The notes: a model not told the origin generated them from the letters alone. Numbered from the stretch's first letter, positions 7,895 to 16,464 are shown. The stretch: DNA of 58,075 nucleotides from a bacterium (GCA_021796115.1 JAJYOP010000008.1:1-58075), one strand, 5' to 3'. A program made the numbers and translations.

Positions 7895-8284
7895 ATGTCT
7901 CAAGAATTAGATTTTTATCGAATCTTGCCTCGCCTGCAAAAATCAAAATTCCGCCTGCGGTTCAAGCTGGATAAGGAGGATTTGGAATATATAAAGAGAA
8001 TAGGGATGGGGAAGATTAAAGCGCATGCAAAAGATTTTATTGAGAAACGGTTAGCGCCGGAGAATCCAATTAATGACGGAAGGCAGACGCCGTTTAAGGG
8101 GCACCCAGTATTTAAAGCCCAACATGCCACCGCCACCTGCTGCCGCGGCTGCCTTCTTAAATGGTATGGGATACCTAAAGCAAGAGCATTAACCGAAGAG
8201 GAGCAGCGGAAAGTCGTGGATATCTTGATCGATTGGATTAATTGGCAAACCCATTCCACCTGCGAGGTGGACTCCGATTCTTAG
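7895..8284 (+). CDS. DUF4186 family protein
   Basis: Recalled family pattern FRLRF...HAKDFIEKRLAP..NDGRQTPFKGHPVFKAQHATATCCRGCL.KW. ATG 7895 preferred over TTG 7886. Confidence 0.7.
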   Translation: MSQELDFYRILPRLQKSKFRLRFKLDKEDLEYIKRIGMGKIKAHAKDFIEKRLAPENPINDGRQTPFKGHPVFKAQHATATCCRGCLLKWYGIPKARALTEEEQRKVVDILIDWINWQTHSTCEVDSDS

Positions 8285-8385
8285 TTTTTATTTGCTCATA
8301 AGCGGTTTTCGTATTAAAATGATTTAATTGTTTCTACCTCAAGGAGAAAAACTTTAAACAAAAGAACACAACATAAAGGAGCAAG

Positions 8386-8871
8386 ATGAAAAAGAGTTCA
8401 AAAAATGATACCAACGTTTTGGAGTTTATTGCGAAAATTCACCAGCAGCTGGTTTTATTGGATAAAAAAGTAGACATGCTGATTACTAAGGCCGCGACTA
8501 CGCCAAAACCGGTTGAACCCGTAAGGCCTTTTACGGCGCAAAAACCTTTTCAACAGCAAGCCAGCGCTCATGCCCGAGCGCAAAGGCAGAACGAGCATTT
8601 TAGAGAAAGAACGATGTATAAAGCAATTTGTGCCGATTGCCGCAAAGAATGCAAAGTCCCTTTTAAGCCAAGCGGCGACCGGCCAGTATATTGCCAGCCG
8701 TGTTTTTCCCGCCGCAAAGCCGGAAATTCTTTTAAGCCGAGCATTGATAACCGACCTAAACAAAACATTCCGGTTGCTAGTGCCCAAATTAATCGATTAC
8801 AGCCTGGCGAAAAGAAAAACGCAATCGTTAAGAAAAAAACAGTTGCCAAAAAATCAAAGAAAGGCAAATAA
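8386..8871 (+). CDS. CxxC-x17-CxxC domain protein with a Lys-rich tail
   Basis: CADC-17 residues-CQPC counted exactly. Basic C-terminus. Confidence 0.7.
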   Translation: MKKSSKNDTNVLEFIAKIHQQLVLLDKKVDMLITKAATTPKPVEPVRPFTAQKPFQQQASAHARAQRQNEHFRERTMYKAICADCRKECKVPFKPSGDRPVYCQPCFSRRKAGNSFKPSIDNRPKQNIPVASAQINRLQPGEKKNAIVKKKTVAKKSKKGK

Positions 8872-8884
8872 GTCCGTCAAGAAG

Positions 8885-9253
8885 ATGGTTAAAAAGCGGC
8901 TAATTCTTCTTGCATCAATTCTCTTCCTGCTTACAGCTTACGCAGAAAATGCTTCTCAAGACTATCCAACGACCGGAATTGCCTCCTGGTATTCCACGCA
9001 CACCACAGCATCGGGTGAAAAATTTAACGATAACGATTCAACCTGCGCCATGCGCCGGTATGATTTCGGAAAGTTCTATAAGGTTTGTAACGTAGCGAAT
9101 GGCAAATGTGTGGTTGTCCGGCAAAATGATTTCGGTCCTTCCAAATATCTTTATGATAAGGGCAGAATTATCGATTTAAGTAAAAAAGCATTTTCTCGAA
9201 TTGCAGATTTGGAGGAAGGCATTATCAAGGTTACAATAGAAGAACAAGATTGA
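8885..9253 (+). CDS. RlpA-like (double-psi beta-barrel) septal lytic transglycosylase family protein
   Basis: Signal peptide plus GIASWYS..TASGEKF motif. The ORF-track 5' extension (8570-8884) overlaps the previous gene out of frame. Confidence 0.8.
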   Translation: MVKKRLILLASILFLLTAYAENASQDYPTTGIASWYSTHTTASGEKFNDNDSTCAMRRYDFGKFYKVCNVANGKCVVVRQNDFGPSKYLYDKGRIIDLSKKAFSRIADLEEGIIKVTIEEQD

Positions 9254-9284
9254 AATTTTTCCTTCCCGGAGTTAAACTATATTG

Positions 9285-9770
9285 ATGCAAAAAAAATCAT
9301 TATATCTTTGCCTTATCGCCATTATTTTTCTATCAGCCTGCGCAACTGCCTCTAAACAGGAAAATCTTTCCCCCGGAACATATAAAACCAGAGTTTTAGG
9401 CCAGAATGAATTTGAGGTTGTATTTATTCCGGACCGTAATATAGATAAGATAACAATCCAAAGCTACGCTTTATTAAAAGCAGCAACTATCGTTCTTGAA
9501 AACGGATACAAATATTTTTCAGTTTTAGAACAGGTTTCTGAAAAAAAATTCTTTAATAACAAAACAGTTGTTAAACTGACTATTGCATGTTTTTTTGACA
9601 TACCACAACAAACACAAGAGAACATTTATGATGCCCAGCGTGTCAAAGATTATTTGGAATTAAAATATAATTTTAGAAGGCACAACCTGCCTAATAATAC
9701 CAATAATAAGATTATTGATAAAAGAAATGTTTCCCGCCAAAAACACAAAAATTGGTGGTGGCCTTGGTAG
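9285..9770 (+). CDS. Lipoprotein, unknown function (pattern resembles CC0125/CC1285-type lipoproteins, from recall only)
   Basis: Lipobox LSAC. ALLKAATIVLENGYKYFSV segment. Confidence 0.55.
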   Translation: MQKKSLYLCLIAIIFLSACATASKQENLSPGTYKTRVLGQNEFEVVFIPDRNIDKITIQSYALLKAATIVLENGYKYFSVLEQVSEKKFFNNKTVVKLTIACFFDIPQQTQENIYDAQRVKDYLELKYNFRRHNLPNNTNNKIIDKRNVSRQKHKNWWWPW

Positions 9771-9858
9771 ATAAGGCCGAAGAAACTTTCTAAAGCTAAA
9801 TAATAAAAGATTTAAGGGGGAGAAACTGGAAGTCAAAATCATACGCAGTTACAGGAGA

Positions 9859-10335
9859 TTGCGCACAGTAAGTGCACGAATGGTAAATGATTGCCTCGTT
9901 GTCAGCGCGCCGCAGGCGATTTCTGATGCTAATCTTTCTGAAATTATTTCCGGATTCAAGGAAAAATTTGAAAAAAAGCGAATAAAAGATGAATTGGAAA
10001 AAAATCAACCGCTATCTGAAATTACCACCGGCCTCAATAAAAAATATTTTAACAATCAATTGAAAATCAACTCTATAGAGTATGTCAGCAATCAAAATTG
10101 TAAATACGGTTGTTGCGATTACCATAAAGGGCATATCCGCATATCGCACAAAGTGGGGTTCCTGCCGCAATGGGTGCGTGATTATGTTTTAATTCATGAG
10201 ATGGCGCATTTGGTGGTGCCGAATCACAGTAAATCTTTCTGGCGCATTGTTTACCGTTATAGGTTAGCGGAAAGAGCCCGCGGCTATCTTATGGCAGCCG
10301 GGCTAAATATGGGAAGAGAAGAGGAGGCACTATGA
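9859..10335 (+). CDS. YgjP-like (DUF45) metal-dependent hydrolase; true start probably upstream and non-canonical
   Basis: HEMAHL..NHS..FW motif. The frame is open back to 9787. SD AAGGGGGAG lies at 9814-9822, and the conserved-looking N-terminus (VKIIRSYRRLRT) lies upstream of TTG 9859. Confidence 0.7.
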   Translation: MRTVSARMVNDCLVVSAPQAISDANLSEIISGFKEKFEKKRIKDELEKNQPLSEITTGLNKKYFNNQLKINSIEYVSNQNCKYGCCDYHKGHIRISHKVGFLPQWVRDYVLIHEMAHLVVPNHSKSFWRIVYRYRLAERARGYLMAAGLNMGREEEAL

Positions 10336-10757
10336 AAGTTCTTATCGCTGCGGTAGCCGAACATGCCTGGGTAGAAAATGGATGTTTATCGATATGCCGG
10401 ACATTCGATGGCATTAGCGCCAATAAGTTTCCTTATACATTACCGAGAATGAGCGTAGCAGTCCGTTTGTTGATTGGCAAATCCGAAGCCGGAGAGCATA
10501 AAATAAATATTTCCTTGGTTGATTTTGACGGGAAAAAATTAATGAATGGGGATATAAATATAAATTTCCAGCCGCCGCAAGATTCTGCACCGGAAGCATC
10601 GTCTTCTTTTGCCCTGAATGGCCAAAACATTATTTTCGCAAATGCCGGAGATTATATGGTAAATATCATTATTGACGGTAAACTTGAAGCTGGTGTACCC
10701 ATTTACGTAAGAGAAGCCAAAGGCCATGGCAAGATTGACATCCCCGACAGTGTTTAG
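10332..10757 (+). CDS. Hypothetical 141-aa protein (possibly DUF6941-like, low-confidence recall)
   Basis: ATGA start/stop overlap with the DUF45 gene. No TM segment or signal peptide. Confidence 0.55.
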   Translation: MKVLIAAVAEHAWVENGCLSICRTFDGISANKFPYTLPRMSVAVRLLIGKSEAGEHKINISLVDFDGKKLMNGDININFQPPQDSAPEASSSFALNGQNIIFANAGDYMVNIIIDGKLEAGVPIYVREAKGHGKIDIPDSV

Positions 10758-10791
10758 CTTATTTTAACCGGCATAAAGATTTAAAAAACAG

Positions 10792-10819
10792 TTGCTTTAT
10801 TCAGGATTTTTATTATAAT
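10792..10819 (+). promoter_or_regulatory. Promoter TTGCTT-16-TATAAT for fusA
   Basis: The -10/TSS block TTATAATAAACTTTCA is identical to 152-167. Leaves a leader of about 230 nt. Confidence 0.5.
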
Positions 10820-10917
10820 AAACTTTCATAAATTTCGGTTTTTTGAGGCTGCCTGCACAGTAACTCCCCGCTAGATTACTTTAATCCAGTAAAAATTTAG
10901 CTCTAACGGGAGAAATT

Positions 10918-11030
10918 CGTCAATCGGTTGTGGCTACCTACGCAACTTGTTTCGTCTATCGTTTTACATCATACGTTTGACGCAACCGTGACGAGTTGCG
11001 TAACCTCTAACCATAAGACGATTTACGATT
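10918..11030 (+). repeat. Family B structured repeat, copy B1 (in the fusA leader)
   Basis: Helix GCAACT..CGTC / GACGAGTTGC (10942-10956 / 10990-10999) encloses a core with invariant ACGCAACC (10980-10987). Confidence 0.75.
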
Positions 11031-11055
11031 ATCTGTATCTCGGAGGTAATTTAAT

Positions 11056-13161
11056 ATGGCAAGATTAGCGAAGTTGGAAAAACAGAGAAACATAGGCATT
11101 ATGGCCCATATTGACGCCGGTAAAACTACACTTACGGAAAGAATTTTATTTTATACCGGCCGCTCACATAAAATCGGCGAGGTCCATGACGGCGAAGCAA
11201 CAATGGACTGGATGAAGCAGGAGCGCGAACGCGGAATTACCATTACCGCTGCAGCTACAACCTGTTTTTGGAAGGATTGCCGCATTAACATTATCGATAC
11301 CCCCGGCCACGTTGATTTTACCGTTGAAGTAGAGAGGAGTTTACGTATTCTTGACGGTGCAATCGCGGTTTTCTGCGGAGTCGGAGGAGTTGAGCCGCAA
11401 TCAGAAACTGTCTGGCGCCAGTCGGAAAAATATAACGTTCCTAAAATTGCATTCGTAAATAAAATGGACAGAGTTGGCGCTGATTTTTATGATGTCCTTA
11501 AATCAATAGAAAAAGATTTAGGCGCAAATGCCATACCCATGGTAATTCCTATTGGCGCAGAAGATAAATTCTGCGGCCTGGTTGATCTTATGGAGATGAA
11601 AGCCTATATCTTTGACGAAAATTCGGAAGATCACGAATATAGAGTAGAGAATATTCCTCCAGATTTGCTAGAGACTGCAAAAAAATATCATCACATTATG
11701 GTGGAAAAGGCAGTCGAGCTCGACGATACTTTGATGGAAAAATATCTTGAGTCAGAAAGTAAAATTACCCAAGAAGAATTAATTGCGGCAATACGCAAGG
11801 GGACGATTGCCAATAAAGTTGTTCCGGTTTTATGCGGCACAGCTTTTAAAAATAAAGGCGTGAGAAAACTCCTTGACGCCGTAACTTTATATTTACCGTC
11901 ACCCCTGGATTTACCTCCCGTAAAAGGAACCGATCCGAACGACCCGCAAAAAACAATCGAAAGAAAGCCCAGCAATGATGAACCGTTTACCGCTCTGGCT
12001 TTTAAAGTTCAGGCAGACCCGCACATGGGTAAACTCGTATATTTCAGGGTATATTCAGGAAAACTTAACGCTGGTTCCTATATTTATAACGCAACTAAAG
12101 ACAGCAAAGAAAGAATCAGCAGAATTTTACAGATGCACGCCAACGAGCGCGAAAATAGAGAAGATATTTCCGCCGGAGATATCGGCGCCGCAATCGGCCT
12201 TGATAATACGGTAACCGGCGATACGCTTTGCGATTTGGAAAACCCGATTATGCTTGAGGCAATAGAGTTTCCTGCACCGGTTGTTGATATCAGCGTAAAA
12301 CCTCAAAGCCGTACCGATCAGGATAAATTAAGTAAGGGCATTATGAAGCTTGCCGAAGAAGACCCTACTTTTACCGTGCATGTCGATGAAGAAACCGGAG
12401 AGACTATTCTTTCCGGGATGGGCGAGCTTCATCTGGAAATCATCGTTGACAGGTTAAAACATGAATTTAACGTTGAGGCAATCGTGGGACAGCCGAAAGT
12501 TGCTTACAAAGAAACAATATTAAACAGCGCAACTGAAGAATATAAACATATAAAGCAGTCAGGTGGCCGTGGCCAATACGGTCATGTTGAATTCGAAATT
12601 TCACCTGCCTCGCCCGGGCAGGGTTTTGAATTTGAAAACGCCATCGTTGGCGGTGCGATACCAAAAGAATATATCCCAGCCGTCGAAAAAGGCATTATCG
12701 ATGCCTTGAAGAAAGGCGCTTTGGCGGGATTTCCCGTGGTTGATGTTAAGGTAAAGCTTGTAGACGGTTCTTACCATGATGTTGATTCTTCGGAAATTGC
12801 TTTTAAGATAGCTTCTATTGAATGTTTCAAAGAAGCATTCAAAAAAGCAATGCCGGTTTTGCTTGAACCGTATATGTCAATGGAAGTTGTCACTCCCGAA
12901 GAATACGTTGGTAACATTGTCGGCAATCTGTGTTCGCGCAGAGGCAAAGTTTTAGGCATTGCCGCAGGAAAAACCGGGCAGCAGATTATTTCTGCAGAAG
13001 CACCGCTTGCGGAACTTTTCGGATACGCCACGACTTTACGCTCGCTTTCCAGTGGTCGTGCCGTTTATTCAATGCACTTTGAAAAATATGTTGAAGTGCC
13101 GTCAACGATTTCAGAGAAAGTAATCGAAGAAGAGAAAGAGAAACAGCAGAATAAATCCTGA
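11056..13161 (+). CDS. fusA: Elongation factor G
   Basis: [17 protein letters not shown] and NKMD G-motifs. 701 aa. SD GGAGG, then 10 nt, then ATG. Not embedded in an rpsL-rpsG-tuf context. Confidence 0.95.
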   Translation: MARLAKLEKQRNIGIMAHIDAGKTTLTERILFYTGRSHKIGEVHDGEATMDWMKQERERGITITAAATTCFWKDCRINIIDTPGHVDFTVEVERSLRILDGAIAVFCGVGGVEPQSETVWRQSEKYNVPKIAFVNKMDRVGADFYDVLKSIEKDLGANAIPMVIPIGAEDKFCGLVDLMEMKAYIFDENSEDHEYRVENIPPDLLETAKKYHHIMVEKAVELDDTLMEKYLESESKITQEELIAAIRKGTIANKVVPVLCGTAFKNKGVRKLLDAVTLYLPSPLDLPPVKGTDPNDPQKTIERKPSNDEPFTALAFKVQADPHMGKLVYFRVYSGKLNAGSYIYNATKDSKERISRILQMHANERENREDISAGDIGAAIGLDNTVTGDTLCDLENPIMLEAIEFPAPVVDISVKPQSRTDQDKLSKGIMKLAEEDPTFTVHVDEETGETILSGMGELHLEIIVDRLKHEFNVEAIVGQPKVAYKETILNSATEEYKHIKQSGGRGQYGHVEFEISPASPGQGFEFENAIVGGAIPKEYIPAVEKGIIDALKKGALAGFPVVDVKVKLVDGSYHDVDSSEIAFKIASIECFKEAFKKAMPVLLEPYMSMEVVTPEEYVGNIVGNLCSRRGKVLGIAAGKTGQQIISAEAPLAELFGYATTLRSLSSGRAVYSMHFEKYVEVPSTISEKVIEEEKEKQQNKS

Positions 13162-13170
13162 TTGATATAA
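13162..13170 (+). promoter_or_regulatory. Extended -10 box TGATATAAT (first of two after fusA)
   Basis: Starts immediately after the fusA stop. Followed by TTAACTCCCGCTA, a word also present at 10861-10874. Confidence 0.35.
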
Positions 13171-13230
13171 TTTAACTCCCGCTATCTTTACCCACTACTC
13201 CCAGGTAAATATTTCATTTTAATCTGATTT

Positions 13231-13239
13231 TGATATAAT
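13231..13239 (+). promoter_or_regulatory. Extended -10 box TGATATAAT (second copy)
   Basis: TTTGATATAATAA is identical to 3404-3416. Confidence 0.4.
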
Positions 13240-13249
13240 AAAGAATCTA

Positions 13250-13438
13250 CCCCACTCGCTCACTTTGTTCGTCCCAAGCTAAAGCTTGGGGCAATTCGAC
13301 GAAGTCTTTTTACTTCGTAAAAAGACAGTATCATTGCTCGGAGGTAATCTCTTTACGGGGATAATTCGGCAACGCAACTTTTCTGTGTCTTCGACTTGAA
13401 AAGTTGCTGCCTCATTATTCGACTAAGTAATTTTTCAA
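13250..13438 (+). repeat. Composite D+E repeat, copy DE1 (metF leader)
   Basis: Aligns end to end with the reverse complement of 23628-23798. Hairpins at 13273-13290, 13303-13327 and 13374-13407. Confidence 0.8.
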
Positions 13439-13470
13439 ACAGGAAGTCTGAAAAAATAACAAGTCTCATT

Positions 13471-14331
13471 ATGAAAATAATCGATATTTTAAAGATGCAC
13501 GATAAAGGTGTTTCCTTTGAATTCTTCCCTCCTAAGACCGAAAGCGGCATGGACTCCCTGGTTTCTACCGTAAAAATACTTAAAGCCTATAAACCTTTAT
13601 ATGCTTCGATGACTTATGGCGCTATCGGTTCGGATCAGAACAAAACAAAGGAAGCTACTTACAAACTCATAGAAGAAAAAGATTTGACGGTTATGCCGCA
13701 TTTAACCTGTGTCGGTGCCAGTGCGGACACCATCAAAAACCTGCTTCATGAATATAGACAAAATGGTATCGAAAATATCATGGCTTTGAGGGGTGATCCT
13801 CCCGCAGGAACGATTAATTTTGATTTTAAGAGCCAGGCATTATGCTATGCGAAGGACCTGGTTAAATATATAAAAGGTTTGGACCATTTTTGCATTGGTG
13901 TTGCGGTGTATCCTGAGGGCCACATCGAAACAAAATCTCTCGAAGAAGATATAGAATATACAAAACAAAAAATAGACGCTGGTGCGCATTTTGCCGTAAC
14001 GCAAATGTTCTTTGATAACGCTCATTTCTATAATTTTTTGGATAGGGCGGACAAAAAGGGAATCAAAATTCCAATTCTACCGGGAATTTTTCCTTTAACG
14101 GACATAGACAAACTCAAAAAATTCTGTTTGGTCTCAAGAACGACTATTCCCAAGAAAATCGAAAACGAAATGGCGCGTTTCAGGCATAGACCGGAAGATA
14201 TGGAAAAAGCCGGCAGAGAAATTACTATCAATCAATGCCGTGATTTGATCAAGCATGGCCACAAGCGGCTGCATTTTTTTACCTTCAATAAAGCCAATAC
14301 AATCAAGAACATTCTTAAGGGCATATCATAA
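13471..14331 (+). CDS. metF: 5,10-methylenetetrahydrofolate reductase
   Basis: VSFEFFPPKT..., MPHLTC and ALRGDPP motifs. ATG 13471 chosen; the ORF-track TTG 13396 lies inside the E-module hairpin. Confidence 0.88.
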   Translation: MKIIDILKMHDKGVSFEFFPPKTESGMDSLVSTVKILKAYKPLYASMTYGAIGSDQNKTKEATYKLIEEKDLTVMPHLTCVGASADTIKNLLHEYRQNGIENIMALRGDPPAGTINFDFKSQALCYAKDLVKYIKGLDHFCIGVAVYPEGHIETKSLEEDIEYTKQKIDAGAHFAVTQMFFDNAHFYNFLDRADKKGIKIPILPGIFPLTDIDKLKKFCLVSRTTIPKKIENEMARFRHRPEDMEKAGREITINQCRDLIKHGHKRLHFFTFNKANTIKNILKGIS

Positions 14332-14352
14332 AGATTGCCGGGAAAACCCATC

Positions 14353-14802
14353 ATGATAATTGATGCCTTAGATAATTTTCGCAATTATATTAAATTGAAT
14401 AAGCATTTTGAATCCGCTTTTAAATTCTTAAGGCAGAAAAATCTCAAAAAATATTGTACCGGCCATTATGATATAAAAAATAATGATGTTTACGCTCTTA
14501 TTTTAAAGGCCAGCGGCAAAGAAAAGAAAAATGTTTTACTTGAGGCGCATAGAAAATATATCGATATCCAAATGTGCATTGCCGGAGAAGATCTTATTGG
14601 CTACAAGTTGCTTGCAGAATGTAAACGGAATAAAAAAGCCTACGATCCCAAAAAAGATTACAGTCTCATGAACGATGAAATCAATTCATGGTTTAAATTA
14701 AAAGGAAATGCCTTTGCGATTTTCTTTCCGGAAGATGCCCATGCGCCACTGGCAGGAAAAGACGCACTTAAAAAGGTGGTAATAAAAGTCAGGGTGGAGT
14801 AA
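14353..14802 (+). CDS. YhcH/YjgK/YiaL (EbgC/TabA-like) family protein
   Basis: MIIDALDNFRNY...HRKYIDIQ...FFPEDAHAP pattern. Confidence 0.7.
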   Translation: MIIDALDNFRNYIKLNKHFESAFKFLRQKNLKKYCTGHYDIKNNDVYALILKASGKEKKNVLLEAHRKYIDIQMCIAGEDLIGYKLLAECKRNKKAYDPKKDYSLMNDEINSWFKLKGNAFAIFFPEDAHAPLAGKDALKKVVIKVRVE

Positions 14803-14803
14803 T

Positions 14804-15007
14804 ATGCAGAATTTTTTTTCAATATTTTTTACGATTTTGCTCATTTACTTCGTGGTTAATCTTTCATTCAGGCTTTTGTTTGTGATTGGCAGTTTTTTAT
14901 TAAAAAGAAGTATCAAGAAAAGATTTTACGCTGGATTTAAAGAACAAAAATCCTGCCAAAATTCCGAAGATATCATTGACGCAGAATTCAAAGAAATAAA
15001 AAAGTAA
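14804..15007 (+). CDS. Small single-pass or double-pass membrane protein
   Basis: 67-aa hydrophobic N-terminal half and acidic C-terminus (IIDAEFKEIKK). Tightly packed between neighbouring genes. Confidence 0.4.
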   Translation: MQNFFSIFFTILLIYFVVNLSFRLLFVIGSFLLKRSIKKRFYAGFKEQKSCQNSEDIIDAEFKEIKK

Positions 15008-15010
15008 TTT

Positions 15011-16201
15011 ATGCCTGCCACGCCAAAAGAGCGTTACATCGTGCATGTGGATATGGATGCTTTTTTTGCCAGCATAGAGCAAAGAGACAATCCTACTTTT
15101 CAAGGTAAACCCGTCATTATAGGTGCTGACCCAAAACAAGGTAAAGGGCGCGGAGTTGTCTCTACTGCTTCCTATGAGGCGCGCAAGTTTGGTATCCATT
15201 CCGCCATGCCAATTTCAATAGCCTACGATAGATGCCCTGAAGCAATATTTCTTCCCGTTGATATGCCTAAATATGCTGCTGTTTCAAGACAAATATATAA
15301 TATTTTCAATGAATTTACGCCTAATGTTGAACAGGTAAGTATTGACGAAGCTTTCCTTGATATAACCGCAAGTTTTCATCTTTTCGGCACACCGCTAGAG
15401 ACCTGTAAACTTATCAAAGAACGAGTAAAGAAAGATACAAAGCTGACGGCATCAATAGGTCTTGCGCCGACAAAAATGGCGGCAAAAATTGCATCTGACA
15501 TAAATAAACCTGACGGCATTTTTGAAGTTAAACAGGATAAACTATTTGATTTTTTATGGCCGCTTCCTGTAGAAAAGATTTCCGGCCTTGGCGAAAAAGC
15601 ACAACTGATATTAAATAGAATAGGCATTAAAACTATTGGCGATTTAGCAAAATATAAGGCTCAGGATTTGGTTTCACTTTTTGGTAAAAACGGAGAATAT
15701 TTCTGGTCGCTGGCTAAGGGAATTGATGAAAGCCAGGTAGAACAAGACGAAGAGATAAAATCAATAAGTAACGAAAGCACATTTGAAGAGGATACTTTAG
15801 ATGAGAAATTGATAAAACAAGAGTTACTTTATCTTTCCGAGCGGCTTTCCGCAAGGCTTCGCCAGGAAAAGTTTAAAGCCAAAACCATAACTTTAAAAAT
15901 AAGGCTTACCGGGTTTCATACCTATACAAGAGCGATTACTCTATCAAAAAGTACAAATTTTGTTGATGAGATTTATAAAACAGCAAATAAAATATACGGC
16001 TCTTTTTTATCTTCGGCAGATTTAAATAATAAAAAAAAGATAAGGCTGCTTGGCATTAAGGCTTCAAATTTAGTAGACAGCAATACGAAAGACAGTTTGT
16101 TTGATGAAAATAAAGACCAAAAAAGAGAAAATATACATAAGGCTATAGAAAAATTACAGGCAAAATTCGGAGAAAAAATTATTCATCGCGGCAGGACATG
16201 A
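15011..16201 (+). CDS. dinB: DNA polymerase IV (Y-family)
   Basis: HVDMDAFFASIEQRDNP, SIDEAFLD and LPV..I.GLG motifs. Confidence 0.92.
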   Translation: MPATPKERYIVHVDMDAFFASIEQRDNPTFQGKPVIIGADPKQGKGRGVVSTASYEARKFGIHSAMPISIAYDRCPEAIFLPVDMPKYAAVSRQIYNIFNEFTPNVEQVSIDEAFLDITASFHLFGTPLETCKLIKERVKKDTKLTASIGLAPTKMAAKIASDINKPDGIFEVKQDKLFDFLWPLPVEKISGLGEKAQLILNRIGIKTIGDLAKYKAQDLVSLFGKNGEYFWSLAKGIDESQVEQDEEIKSISNESTFEEDTLDEKLIKQELLYLSERLSARLRQEKFKAKTITLKIRLTGFHTYTRAITLSKSTNFVDEIYKTANKIYGSFLSSADLNNKKKIRLLGIKASNLVDSNTKDSLFDENKDQKRENIHKAIEKLQAKFGEKIIHRGRT

Positions 16202-16225
16202 TTTTTAAAAAAATACTAAGTTTGC

Positions 16226-16255
16226 TTGACATACGTATAAGTTACTGATTACAAT
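16226..16255 (+). promoter_or_regulatory. Promoter TTGACA-18-TACAAT
   Basis: -35 at 16226-16231 and -10 at 16250-16255. Would give a leader of about 230 nt made of repeat A2. Confidence 0.5.
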
Positions 16256-16271
16256 AGATACTAGGTATTAT

Positions 16272-16464
16272 GAAATTCCAAACACCAAGCACCAACCCTT
16301 CGACTCTGGTTCGACTCGGCCTTCGGCCTCGCTCAACATCGCTCATGGTTGTCTTGAGCCTGTCGAAGGATAAATTCCACATAAATCCCAATGGCCAAAA
16401 TTCCAATATTCCAAACGCATAAGACTTGGAAATTTTGTCATTGGAAATTGGGATTTGGAATTTT
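16272..16464 (+). repeat. Family A repeat, copy A2, carrying a 74-nt GC-rich insert
   Basis: The first 18 nt, GAAATTCCAAACACCAAG, are identical to A4. The insert (16296-16369) is closed by CCTTCGAC/GTCGAAGG and contains GGCCTTCGGCC. Confidence 0.8.

Noticed and set aside
13337-13348. Orphan copy of the fusA SD block CTCGGAGGTAAT, as a sign of an unannotated small gene.
   Set aside because: No ATG, GTG or TTG lies at suitable spacing downstream. It sits inside the insertion that distinguishes DE1 from DE2 and is best read as repeat-derived sequence.
13396-13470. Possible leader peptide MK(S/I)CC(L/P)I starting at the TTG of the E-module (13396, 16767, and 23670 on the minus strand). It is tempting as a Cys-codon attenuator upstream of metF.
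   Set aside because: The peptide similarity simply follows nucleotide conservation of the hairpin 3' arm. There is no SD before the TTG. The 23.6-kb copy hits a stop after 14 codons, and the three downstream genes are functionally unrelated.
13162-13470. SAM, THF or cobalamin riboswitch upstream of metF, and likewise upstream of the metH operon at 34856-34914.
   Set aside because: I could not find the conserved cores of these riboswitch classes by eye. The metF leader is fully accounted for by the D+E repeat, and the metH-operon leader is only about 10 nt. An Infernal scan would be needed for certainty.
16296-16369. tRNA-like T-loop words (GGTTCGACTC at 16308-16317; also GTCGAATT motifs at 6893, 23747 and 51972).
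   Set aside because: The flanking bases do not form a 5-bp T-stem, and no acceptor, D or anticodon arms can be drawn. They are parts of the repeat modules.
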